In this document: positions 23,624-37,400 of the stretch, in pieces
Numbering within the stretch: the stretch's first letter is position 1
How the letters are laid out: every line of letters begins with the position of its first letter
Assembly: GCA_950097015.1 (NCBI GenBank)
Contig: CATNEN010000003.1
Coordinates: 11,284,001-11,348,000, forward strand
Reading direction: 5' to 3'
Length of the DNA stretch: 64,000 nucleotides
DNA from: Macrostomum hystrix
Lineage: Eukaryota; Animalia; Platyhelminthes
Notes under the pieces: model-generated
The model's database searches: none
The model's input: the letters and a program-made list of their open reading frames with translations, nothing else
Told to the model about the DNA's origin: nothing
Made by a program: the position numbers and the translations under genes

Positions 23624-24542
23624 TGATTGCGGCTCTTGGCTTGGCTAATTGTTGCAGCCATACAAACTGAGCAAGACTGAACAATTGAGACTTAATCGGA
23701 GACACAGAGGCTGCATTGAGACACGAAGGAACAGGTGGAATAGATATTTTCTCTCTCTCTGCTTTACCCCATTTTTTTTACATCCTAACAACAATAGAAT
23801 GGAGTTGCTCCGCTGATATATCTTCCTCGCCCGTCCCATACCGCTGGCCCAGAAAAAGAAACTGTTCGACAAATAAATAAATGTTCGAAGAGCAACCAGA
23901 CGATGCACCAGTTTTTAACTAACTCCCAGCTGACAAGCACGGCACGCGTTCACATATTTACCCAGGCAAAAGGAAGAATTTGGCAATTAAAAAAACTCTA
24001 CAAAGGATCTGCTAGTTGGTTTCGATCAAAGTAAAAATGATAGCAAATGAACAAACCACCGTAAGCTTCATAATTCATAGGTTTTTATCTACATAGAGCT
24101 TTAAAGCCAAACTTTATATTATCACTAGCTCAATATTGGAAACATTGGCTAGGATTTGATTATATTTTACGCATTGTAGTCAGTGTAAACAAAGCCCATT
24201 ACCATGTTGACTACAAATATGCAGATAGTCATTGCTAAAATAATGAAACAGATTAACAGACTTTACTGTATTACTCAACAGCGCAAGATAATGTACTAAT
24301 ATTTATTACGAGTACATGACCTGTTCCTTATAGAATAGATTACAAAACAGCTATAAAAACGCAAAATTTCTCCTTGAAAATTTCTCTCAAGCCAAAATCA
24401 AAGATTAGATCAATTTTAACTGGCAAATAAAACCCGAGGTAAAAAACTAATTTGCTATAAAGATAAAAAATGAGGATACAAGCTATTAACTGTTTTTGTA
24501 TAAAAAACTAAGCTAAAAATCTAGCTATTAATTTTTTACCCA

Positions 24543-25337
24543 TCTACCCCTCAGTATTTCATAATCTACCCCTCAGTATTTCATAATCTACCCCTCAGTA
24601 TTTCATAATCTACCCCTCAGTATGTCATAATCTACCCCTCAGTATTTTATAACCTACCCCTCAGCATTTTATAATCTACCCCTCAGTATTTTATAACCTA
24701 CCCCTCAGTATGTCATAATCTACCCCTCAGTATTTTATAATCTACCCTCAGTATTTCATAATCTACCCCTCAGTATGTCATAATCTACCCCTCAGTATTT
24801 CATAATCTACCCCTCAGTATTTTATAATCTACCCTCAGTATTTCATAATCTACCCCTCAGTATTTTATAATCTACCTCTCAGTATTTTATAATCTACCCC
24901 TCAGTATTTTATAATCTCCCCTCAGTATTTTATAACCTACCCCTCAGTATGTCATAATCTACCCCTCAGTATTTTATAATCTACCCCTCAGTATTTTATA
25001 ATCTACCCCTCAGTATTTAATAATCTACCCCTCAGTATTTAATAATCTACCCCTCAGTATTTTATAATCTACCCCTCAGTATTTTATAATCTACCCCTCA
25101 GTATTTTATAATCTACCCCTCAGTATTTTATAATCTACCCCTCAGTATTTAATAATCTACCTCTTAGTATTTTATAATCTACCCTCAGTATTTTATAATC
25201 TACCCTCAGTATTTTATAATCTACCCTCAGTATTTTATAATCTACCCTCAGTATTTTATAATCTACCCCTCAGTATGTCATAATCTACCCCTCAGTATTT
25301 TATAATCTACCCCTCAGTATTTTATAATCTACCCTCA
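24543..25337. repeat. 22 bp minisatellite (TCTACCCCTCAGTATTTTATAA)n
   Basis: About 36 units. It lies just downstream of the ZCCHC7 stop codon, ending about 70 bp from it. Confidence 0.97.
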
Positions 25338-25405
25338 TGTTTCAACTGTTCAGTGTGAAGTCTGTAAAAAATTGAACAGGCTAGAAACAGGACTGTGACA
25401 GGCTG

Positions 25406-28400
25406 CTATTTCTCTTGCTTTATCTTTCTTCTTGGCGTCTCTGAGTTGATCGGCTTGAGTTCGGAGGGCGGGCGATGAGAACTGGAACGTAGCCGGCCAG
25501 ACCAGACTCCTTCGCCGGTGCTGCCTGTCGCTTCAGCAGTTGCCTTAGGTGTCTTCACCTTCTTGACAGACTTTTTAGTTCCAGTGGGGCTAATCTGCTT
25601 TCGATTGTTTGAGTCTATGCTCAATTTTGATGTCTCGGGTGTCACTAGATCGGATTCGCGTTGATTGACGTGTTGCTGCTGCTTGTTCTTCTTCCGCTTG
25701 TTCTTACGGTTGCCAGGTCTGTTAGGACAGTCCGGCTGCTGCTCACTAAATTGTCTGCAACTTCTAATAACTTCAAGAGCTGCGCCGGTTGAATTCAACA
25801 ATCTACAGCGTCGCTTAAAATTGAGCTTGTGCAGCTGGTTGTGCGAATCGGCCACCTCCAGTACCCAGGCCTCCATGCGCTGTGCCATGTGGGCCTCCTC
25901 TTCGGGTGTGGATGGCTGGTAGCCGTGTCTGCGCCAATAGCCCAGCCTGTTAGCCAGCTTTTTCACCTGAGATCGGCTGCTGCCTTCGGGCAGAAATTGG
26001 CGAGCCATCGCTCTCAGCTGTTCTAATTCGGCTTTGAAATTGCGCGGATGCCTTTGGTGCTGCTGCTTCTGTTCGTATTGTGGCCACAACGGAATAAACG
26101 ACTCGCCAATTATTGGAGCCGAACGACCAGACGATGTTGAAGCCGCTTCTCTGTGCTCAATAGGTAACTGTTGAGCACGATTCCGTTGAGATCTGGTAGG
26201 ATCTGTTAGGAGCAGATGGGGGTGAAGTGACTCAAATAAAAATTCCCTTATCAAGAAGGGATGGATCTCCCTCTCGCACCAAGGTCCTGAGTTCGAATCC
26301 GCAGCAAGGTCACATTTATTTGAAGTAGCTTTAAGAACAACGCCAAGAGCAGATCATTTTTAAGGCTGTGACACAAGAGCAGATCATTTTGAAGGCTGTG
26401 ACACAAGAGCAGATCATTTTTAAGGCTGTGACACAAGAGCAGATCATTTTGAAGGCTGTGACACAAGAGCAGATCATTTTTAAGGCTGTGACACAAGAGC
26501 AGATCATTTTGAAGGCTGTGACACAAGAGCAGATCATTTTTAAGGCTGTGACACAAGAGCAGATCATTTTGAAGGCTGTGACACAAGAGCAGATCATTTT
26601 GAAGGCTGTGTCACAAGAGCAGATCATTTTGAAGGCTGTGACACGAGCAGATCAATTTGAAGGCTGTGACACAAGAGCAGATCATTTTGAAGACTGAGTC
26701 ACAAGAGCAGATCAATTTGAAGACTGAGTCACAAGAGCAGATCATTTTGAAGACTGAGTCACAAGAGCAGATCATTTTGAAGGCTGTGACACAAGAGCAG
26801 ATCATTTTGAAGACTGAGTCACAAGAGCAGATCAATTTGAAGGCTGTGACACGAGCAGATCAATTTGAAGGCTGTGACACAAGAGCAGATCATTTTGAAG
26901 GCTGTGACACAAGAGCAGATCATTTTGAAGGCTGTGACACAAGAGCAGATCATTTTGAAGGCTGTGACACAAGAGCAGATCAATTTGAAGGCTGTGACAC
27001 AAGAGCAGATCATTTTGAAGGCTGTGACACAAGAGCAGATCAATTTGAAGGCTGTGACACAAGAGCAGATCATTTTGAAGGCTGTGACACAAGAGCAGAT
27101 CATTTTGAAGGCTGTGACACAAGAGCAGATCATTTTGAAGGCTGTGACACAAGAGCAGATCATTTTGAAGGCTGTGACACAAGAGCAGATCATTTTGAAG
27201 GCTGTGACACAAGAGCAGATCAATTTGAAGGCTGTGACACAAGAGCAGAACATTTTGAAGGCTGTGACATAAGAGCAGATCATTTTGAAGGCTGTGACAC
27301 AAGAGCAGATCATTTTGAAGGCTGAGACAAGAACGGGAAATATATATTTTAGCATAGACTTCGAGAGTCATGGAATTAGAGTTGAATACTAAACCGCGTA
27401 ATAAGATTGGGAAAAGTAAATCCACCAGACTTCACCTTTCAAGTCAAGTATCATACAGGTGAGTTTTAAAGGACAGCAAAAAACGAAGTAAGACGTAAAA
27501 ATGCTTATTTCAAATCTGATGATACTAACCATCTTCATTGTCTTTGCTGCCAAGGAAGCTGGTGCAGTTGTTTATTCCACTTCCGCCGGAAGTGCCAGCA
27601 GCAGCAGCAACAGCAACAGCAGCAGCGGCGGTGACTTTGAATCGATCAGGTGAGAAGTTGTCCGTAGAATCGTAGCGGCCAACCAGTTGAGATTGAAACG
27701 AACCGACGCCTTTATTTAGCGAACCCCTAGGTTGACTGCATTGCTGCTCGCCAGAATTGAGGACGGGAAAAGGAAAGTAAATAGAACTGCCAGAGAACCA
27801 GAATGTACTTTTAGATTAATATTAGTTATGTACGGTTTTCTTTGGCTGTTAATCACAACTTGAGCTGTGATAACACCTCATTCCTAGCCTTGGATCATTA
27901 TCAGTCTGTGAGCTGTGATAACACCTCATTCCTAGCCTTGGATCCTTATCAGTCTGTGAGCTGTGATAACACCTCATTCCTAGCCTTGGATCATTATCAG
28001 TCTGTTAGCTGTGATAAAACCTCATTCCTAGCCTTGGATCCTCATCATTCTGTGAGCTGTGATAACACCTCATTCCTAGCCTTGGATCATTATCAGTCTG
28101 TGAGCTGTGATAACACCTCATTCCTAGCCTTGGATCATTATCAGTCTGTGAGCTGTGATAACACCTCATTCCTAGCCTTGGATCCTCATCATTCTGTGAG
28201 CTGTGATAACACCTCATTCCTAGCCTTGAATCCTCATCATTCTGTGAGCTGTGATAACACCTCATTCCTAGCCTTGGATCCTCATCATTCTGTGAGCTGT
28301 GATAACACCTCATTCCTAGCCTTGGATCCTCATTATTCTGTGAGCTGTGATAACACCTCATTTCACGTCTGTTCTTTTGATTTCTGATCAGTTTAGCATC

Positions 28401-31400
28401 TTATTTTTAGGTGTCTCTTTTGATTGCATTTAGTCAGCGAAAAACACATTGTGTGGACTGTTTAACTCAAGACTTAGGCTGTTAATTTTTGTTATAATAA
28501 TAGCTCTAAAAATAGATGTGCTGATGTTTTCATTCGTTTCGCATTGGTTTTATTTGCCTCACAGACATTAGCATAGCACTTGAGTCCTTTAGGCGTCAAT
28601 TTTTTAAAATCTAAAATTTGAAACAAGGACGTAATATTTTAGTGCTTTTAATATGACAGTTTAAAGTACCATTAAACTCACTCATTGTCAAGTAGTAAGA
28701 CGGAGCAATGGATTTTGACAACGGGGGTCATAGGATTAGGCAAAATTAGAGATGTATTTTTATTTATAAAAAATCGGCTTCTAAAACCGCGACAAAACGG
28801 GGTCGATGCAAATTTTATCTCCTCAATTCAGCACTGGATTTTCTAGCTGATTGGTTGGAGAAAATTGGCTCTAGCAGCCTCTCATTGCTGTTTTCTGATA
28901 TTTATAACAAGCCAGACAGAATTTTATCAGACCAGTTTTATAGAGGACTTAAAATGTTATTAGAAAACAGAACCAGACGATGCGAAAGGACTAGCAAGGG
29001 CTTAGCATGGCCTCCAGATAGGCAGAGAGCGGACAGTCAAGGCTTGGCCCTATGCAAACTAGAACATAGAAAACATAGCCCGTCTAACTTAGAGACATGA
29101 ATAGTCTTTGTCTGACCCCAAGCTGTAGGAGCAGCTAAATTGTCAGTTGATCTAACTAGTTTGGCCTCATCTGTTAGAATGAAAATAGGAGAAAGAAGCG
29201 GAACCAGCCAGGCGAAGCAATAAATAACAAGAGAAAATCCCAGTGACTAGGCCTGGCTAGCCTCCAGCGAAATGCTATCTACTTGTCAGGCTGTGACTTT
29301 ACTAGACACATTAATAATATTGCGATTACTTATAGAAGCGGCATTATGTTGAAAGGCTTACTTCTGTGGAATCAAATATATCAAATAGAAATACCGTACT
29401 TTAACTAAGCTAAAGAAAACTCAAGAACTCAAGTGTGCGATCTTTTAACTTAAGTTTCATGCAGGGAAAAAGGTTTGTAAACTTAAAATTGTGATGCCGT
29501 AATTCGGATGAGAATCTACAAAACAGGTGGGGGATCCTCGAGTCCGGGTGGGGAAACAGGAATCGGGATGGGGATCTTGGAATTGATATCAGGATCTTAG
29601 AATTGGGATGGGGATCTTGAAGTCGGGATGGGGATCTTGAAGTCGGGATGGGATCTTGGAATCTGGATGGGGATCTTGAAATAGGGACGGATCTTGGAAT
29701 TGGGATAGGGATCTTAATGTCGAGATGGGATCTTGAAATTAGGATGGGATCTTGGAATCGGGATTGGATCTTGGAATCGGGATGGGATCCTGGAATCAGG
29801 ATGGGATCCTGGAATCGGGATGGGATCCTAGAATCAGGATGGGATCCTGGAATCAGGATGGGATCCTGGAATCAGGATGGGATCCTGGAATCAGGATGGG
29901 ATCCTGGAATCAGGATGGGATCCTGGAATCAGGATGGGATCCTGGAATCAGGATGGGATCCTGGAATCAGGATGGGATCCTGGAATCAGGATGGGATCCT
30001 GGAATCGGGATGAGGATTTCGGAATTGGGATGGGATCCTTGAATCGGGATGAGGATTTCGGAATTGGGATGGGATCCTTGAATCGGGATGAGGATTTCGG
30101 AATTGGGATCGGGAGTTTGGAATCGGGATGGGCATCTTAGAGATAGTGATCTTGAAATCGCAATAGGTATGGATCTTAGCGTGGTGATCTGGCAATCGGG
30201 ATGGGGACATTACAATCAGGATTGTTTTGCAATCTAGGTATCGTATGAGTCTACGAAATAGGTTGCGATATGTAATTTTTTAATTAAATTAAGAACATCT
30301 AATTTGAACGGGAGGGCGCTTAAAAGGCGATGAAAAATGAAACCTGGATACACATAAAGATATTAAGTGTTTAATAGGAATCTAAAGAACCAAGAAATCA
30401 AGGATTTAGACATAACTATGACTATATATAAATATCATTGATATTGAAGATGGCTAATTCTTCAACCACCTGCCGTGACAATGCATCCGCAGAGATTTGA
30501 TTGAAATCTGACCAGACGCAGCAGAGCGAGTGTTGAAATCTGGCAGAAATCTTTCGTCATATTTTCAACACCTTGACTAGGGCGATGGAGAAGGCATTGA
30601 GCTGAGAAAAATAGAAGAATTAAAGTGAAGCGGCAGGAAATTTGAGTCGGACAAGACATAGGAGGAGTTGAGCCGTCGAGTCTTCTCTGCTTTCTCCCCT
30701 GCCTCCTCTCGTTCCTCTCTATCTCTCATCCGACTTCCCAAGTCAATTTCCTTCCCTTCGCCACCGACTCATTAGTTCTTTTTGCCATTCGCCATTTTTT
30801 CTTTAAAATCCCCACCCCACAAAAAAATCCTCTCAGCTTTAGGCGACAATTTCTGATCCCTTGACTAGACTCAATCGGCAGGCAAATCTAACATCAGGCG
30901 GGTTGTTGATGCCGGACAACCTCAAGAGCATTTCCTGGCTAATTTGCAGGGAAGCATGACCAAACCCAAGCTAATTAGAGTCCGTGTTCAATAGGGCCAC
31001 GGTGGGGATTTAGAGTTGGGGGAAGTGGACGAGCTGGCTAAAGTGGCCGGAACATGAGCCCAATCTCCTGACAATTTTGGCCTTGAGTCGAGAGACGACA
31101 GCGAGACAAAGCTCCAGGCCTGTTAGCGACCACTTTTAATATCAAATTTATTAGTCCCTACACTTCCTTAGTGTCATTGATTCTGTCTAGTTGCTGCCTG
31201 GTTGCGCCTTCTACCTGAATTTCCGACACTAAAAGTGTTTAATCAATTACCACCTTATAATCTATATAGTATAGTTAGCTGGCAAAGTATATACACCTAG
31301 GCAAAATTTATTTACTCGTATGGGATAACTCATCTATTAAAGTGCCTGTATGTCAAATTGAATGAATTAAAAAATCGCAATGCATGTCACTCTAGTTGAC

Positions 31401-34400
31401 CACTTAAGTGTAAATATCTGTCACTCTGTAGGACTACTCAAACGTGAATATCTGTCACTCTGTAGGACTACTCAAACATGAATATCTGTCACTCTGTAGG
31501 ACTACTCAAACATGAATATCTGTCACTCTGTAGGACTACTCAAACATGAATATCTGTCACTCTGTAGGACTACTCAAACGTGAATATCTGTCACTCTGTA
31601 GGACTACTCAAACATGAATATCTGTCACTCTGAGGACTACTCAAACATGAATATCTGTCACTCTGTAGGACTAATCAAACGTGAATATATCTGTCACTCT
31701 GTAGGACTACTCAAACATGAATATCTGTCACTCTGTAGGACTACTCAAACGTGAATATCTGTCACTCTGTAGGACTACTCAAACATGAATATCTGTCACT
31801 CTGTAGGACTACTCAAACGTGAATATCTGTCACTCTGTAGGACTACTCGAACGTGAATATCTGTCACACTGGGGGACCACTCAAACGTGAATATCTGTCA
31901 CACTGGGTGACCACTCAAACGTGAATATCTGTCACACTGGGTGACTACTCGAACGTGAATATCTGTCACACTGGGTGACTAGGAAGTTTTTCTGTTAGCG
32001 CCTTTGCAAACACGCCAGGCAAAAAAGCAGAGAATCTTGAGGCTAGGCATATAACCGCTAAAATAGCAATGGAAACTAACTAGCTAAGATATCCCAAATT
32101 CCATTTGCGAGTTTCTTGCAGCTAGCATACATAATAAAACAGTGCGTATATGCACTAACCAGTTTTTTTCTAACATTATACACGTCATATCAAAGCCATT
32201 AGAAAAGTTTACTTTAACACTAGTCCATAGGTCGCTATGCTTCGCATTTTATAAGGCATGAGAGTGCGGATAGCTAGCAGCGAACTGTACAGTAGCAACA
32301 GAAATGTAAGCGCAATCTCATTATCCCCTTTAGATACTGCCAATATCAGTTTTCTGCTAGCTTAGAAAACATTTTAACCCGACTGTCTCACTTTTCTCAT
32401 TCTAAAGACAATTTAATGTGTTAAGATTTTTCGTTTTTACAGCGAAAGTTATAAGCAACTATTAAGCAACTTAATCTGTTACTGTTTCGTTCAAAAAAAG
32501 GCCAAGCAAAGTTGCGAAAATCTTGACTGGCTCTACTGATTTATTATTATTTTACTCGTTTGCTTTTCATCTCAAATTCGATGTGATAAAGTTAAGAATA
32601 TTCAGTAAGCCATACTCCTAGATACAAGATAATAATAATAACTATTATTATTGCAGGAGGGCTGCGGGCAATGGCACATCATTCGGTGGCAGTAGACCCG
32701 TAGCTAGCGAGGTGGCAATTCTGCCAATTTCGCTGACTCCTGAGCACACACGCACGCAGATACTGTACGCAGGCACACGCTCACACAGGTGTGTACATCT
32801 GCCCTGACTTTCTCATTGTCAGGCAGTGTACACTCTCACTGTGCCTAGGAGGTTGGTCCCAAAGGACGTAAATTGCACGACAAGCCCCAAAGCCTTCTCT
32901 CCGCGGCTGCGCCCCAAATAAATGTGGCCTCGCCGTGGAATCGAACTTAGGGACCTTGGTGCGAGAGGCAAACGCGTTAACCGCTCTGCCACTCAACCTC
33001 CAAGATATTAGATACAAAAGTGACAAAATCAAAGAAAATCAGTTAGAACGGTAAAAAGATACAAATAAAAAATTCAATTTAAACACTAGAATGGTTACAA
33101 AAAAGCAACATTTCCAAGAAAGTAAGACGATAAGTATTTTTTAAATGGAGAGAAGTTTATATAGATTTTTCGAATCGACCGAGAAGATTATGAAGACTCG
33201 TTCGTAAAAAACACACAAAAAAGAGAGAGAGAATTTTGAAATCAAAGAGAAAATAGATTGTCGACTGGGGGCGAGAGAAAACAACCTAAGTAGATGTGTT
33301 CGACCAAAGTAGATCCAAAAAAGGGAGATCCAGAGAAACAGGAAACCCAATCAACTAGAGAGAGAGGGACACAGGAAGGGCGGGTAGGCCAAGACGGAGT
33401 GCTTGAAGTAGTGACTGACTGCACAGTTGTGAGAATGGTAAGGACATTTTTTGCAGTCAGTATCGGCTAACCGAAGCGGCAACTAATACAGATGCATATA
33501 TACGTGACTGCGTACTGACACGCATGGTATATCAGGATAGATACTAAATAAAAGAGCCATTTTGTTCGATGGCAACAACAAATTCTCAGGGGATCGTTTT
33601 ATAACCGACTAGCTTTGCCTGAGGGCTAAAACCAAAAATGGTCGCCCTTCTGAGCGGCTGACAAGGCGGAGATAGAGATAAAGAGAGAGAGAGACAGAGA
33701 GAGAGAGAGATGCAAACGAGACCAATCTAGTCAGAGCCATAGTCCTTTTTCAGTTCCCACACTTGCAGTAGTCTCAATATATACTAATTAAAGACTACAA
33801 GGCGTATCCCGAAATTTCGGGTGAAAATCTTTACGGGTGTAGTTAAATATTAAAGCTTACTAAACTATACCTTAATTTGAATCAGTTTTCTATATTAAAT
33901 CACTTATTTATAAATAAAAAAATGATTTGCAGAGAGACACACTGAGACAGGTGTGTACTCTGCACTGACTTTCTCATTGTGGTACAGTGTACACTCTCAC
34001 TGTGCCTTGGAGGTTGGCCCCCAGGGGCGTGAATTGCACGACAAGCCCCCAAGCCTTCTCTCCGCGGCTACGCCCCAAACGAAAGTGGGGCCTCGCCGGT
34101 GAATCGAGCTTAGGGACCTTAAATATATCTATAAATACATAAAGTACAGTAGGCAAGTTTCAAAGTACCAAGGTTTTACGAAATAAAAGGCAAACGCGAT
34201 GCGATCATAATTTAGGTGCTTTATAGTCAAATAAATGAATTTAGCAGGAATGATAAACCTTTCTTTCTTCTGCTTACAATTTCCTGTGATATTTATAATT
34301 CCCGCTTTTCAAATTTAAAAGCCAAAACCAGCGAAGACCCATTAACCCAAAGTAGATTAAATATTAATAAAATCTAAAAAATTAAAATAATTGAGCTATA

Positions 34401-37400
34401 CAAATTCAAATCTGAGCAGTCACCAAATGAAAAGCTATTTTCAAGATGGATTTCAGATAAAATGAATTATCATACACATTTAGCATTACCTTACTTATGC
34501 TTATAATTATTAACTAGAATCTATACAATACACCTTTTTTTAGTTTTAACCTACACTAAATTTCATTCACGAAAACTAAATAACTAAAAATGACCAGCAA
34601 TCAATAAAACTATGCGATTTCTTACATGAACAAGGTGACCACTTTGAGCACAGTTGCAGCAGAACGCAAACGGACTAATTTGGCCAACTAAATCATCGAT
34701 TGACAATTTTACAGATTTAGTTTGTTGCTGATCCTCATCGTCTGTTTCGTATGAAGCAGCTGCTGCTGCGGCAGAGCTAGTGCTTTGACTTGGCACACAA
34801 TGGGATGGCTTTAAATCTTGCTGTTGCACATCACGCGGCGATTGCATGGGTGCTTGACCCGGGGTCACCTGCAAAGCAAAACATTAATATTGTTGTGCTT
34901 ATGCTGTATTGCTGCTCTAATATACCCTCACCTTTCTAATCTACTCTCATCCTTCTAATCTACTCTTATCCTTCTAATCGACTCTTATCCTTCTAATCTA
35001 CTCTCATCATTCTAATCTACTCTCATCCTTCTAATCTACTCTCATCCTTCTAATCTACTCTAATCCTTCTAATCTCTTATCCTTCTAATCTACTCTTATC
35101 CTTCTAATCTACTCTCATCCTTCTAATCTACTCTCAACCTTCTAATCTACTCTTATCCTTCTAATCTACTCTTATCCTTCTAATCTACTCTCATCCTTCT
35201 AATCTACTCTTATCCTTCTAATCTACTCTTATCCTTCTAATCTACTCTTATCCTTCTAATCTACTCTTATCCTTCTAATCTACTCTCATCCTTCTAATCT
35301 ACTCTTATCCTTCTAATCTACTCTCATCCTTCTAATCTACTCTCATCCTTCTAATCTACTCTTATCCTTCTAATCTACTCTTATCCTTCTAATCTACTCT
35401 CATCCTTCTAATCTACTCTTATCCTTCTAATCTACTCTTATCCTTCTAATCTACTCTCATCCTTCTAATCTACTCTTATCCTTCTAATCTACTCTCATCC
35501 TTCTAATCTACTCTTATCCTTCTAATCTACTCTTATCCTTCTAATCTACTCTCATCCTTCTAATCTACTCTTATCCTTCTAATCTACTCTCATCCTTCTA
35601 ATCTACTCTTATCCTTCTAATCTACTCTTATCCTTCTAATCTACTCTTATCATTCTAATCTACTCTTATCCTTCTAATCTACTCTTATCCTTCTAATCTA
35701 CTCTTATCCTTCTAATCTACTCTTATCCTTCTAATCTACTCTTATCCTTCTAATCTACTCTTATCCTTCTAATATACTCTTATCCCTCTAATCTACTCTC
35801 ATCCTTCTAATCTACTCTCATCCTTCTAATCTCTCATCCTTCTAATCTACTCTCATCCTTCTAATCTACTCTTATCCTTCTAATCTACTCTTATCCTTCT
35901 AATCTACTCTCATCCTTCTAATCTACTCTCATCCTTCTAATTTACTCTTATCCTTCTAATCTACTCTCATCCTTCTAATCTACTCTCATCCTTCTAATCT
36001 ACTCTTATCCTTCTAATCTACTCTTATCCTTCTAATCTACTCTTATCCTTCTAATCTACTCTTATCCTTCTAATCTACTCTTATCCTTCTAATCTACTCT
36101 TATCCTTCTAATCTACTCTTATCCTTCAAATCTACTCTTATCCTTCTAATCTACTCTTATCCTTCTAATCTACTCTCATCCTTCTAATTTACTCTCATCC
36201 TTCTAATCTACTCTTATCCTTCTAATCTACTCTCATCCTTCTAATCTACTCTCATCCTTCTAATATACTCTTATCCTTCTAATATACTCTTATCCTTCTA
36301 ATATACTCTTATCCTTCTAATCTACTCTCATTCTTATAAAATACTCTTATCCTTTCACTACACACTCATTATTCTAGCTAGTATATTCTAGTGATTATAC
36401 TCTAATCTTCAGTTGTCTGATTGATTATTTGACAAGGAATATAAAGAACATCTGACACTTATCAAAAGTGCTTAGTGTGCTATTTTCCGTTCCTTCCAGT
36501 CGAGATTCGATTCACTAAACTAAAAAATCGATTACTTCTATTTTCATCAATCTACTTACTTTAATTGGTATCCGAATTATCAGTTTCTTGTTAATAACGC
36601 CTGAATATAAAGTTTCACTCTAGCTAACGAAACTGAATACTTTCTGGCAGAATATCGAGGCATTTCTATACATATCGTTCCACGGCAAATTAACTTATCT
36701 AGCTAACTAACCAACGTGTGTGAATTCATTGCGCTTGGTGATACAGAAAAGTCTGACACTACTATGGTCGAAAATAACCTGCCTATCTATTCGCCTTGAT
36801 TGAAGCTATAAAAATCCACAATCCAATTTGGCCGACTTCGTCACAGGCCCATGAAGACAACCGCTTCTCGGTAACTCAGCCACAAGGCTAATAATTAATT
36901 ACATATTTGATGACAGTTGAGGGAGGTAGAGGTAGAGGGAGGCTGAAGATAGGAGGGCAGAGGGGGTAGAGGGAGGCTGAAGATAGGAGGGCAGAGGGGG
37001 TAGAGGGAGGCTGAAGATAGGAGGGCAGAGGGGGTAGAGGGAGGCTGAAGATAGGAGGGCAGAGGGGGTAGAGGGAGGCTGAAGATAGGAGGGCAGAGGG
37101 GGTAGAGGGAGGCTGAAGATAGGAGGGCAGAGGGGGTAGAGGGAGGCTGAAGATAGGAGGGCAGAGGGGGTAGAGGGAGGCTGAAGATAGGAGGGCAGAG
37201 GGGGTAGAGGGAGGCTGAAGATAGGAGGGCAGAGGGGGTAGAGGGAGGCTGAAGATAGGAGGGCAGAGGGGGTAGAGGGAGGCTGAAGATAGGAGGGCAG
37301 AGGGGGTAGAGGGAGGCTGAAGATAGGAGGGCAGAGGGGGTAGAGGGAGGCTGAAGATAGGAGGGCAGAGGGGGTAGAGGGAGGCTGAAGATAGGAGGGC

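Noticed and set aside
25406-26254. Stand-alone 282 aa ORF
   Set aside because: Better explained as the last exon of ZCCHC7 (acceptor at 26203, phase matches exon 5).
26251-28387. Repetitive ORFs in the 30 and 42 bp arrays (likewise 38606-39587, 40113-40805, 51357-54207, 61502-63717)
   Set aside because: Stop-free frames of minisatellites, several inside ZCCHC7 introns, with no coding features.
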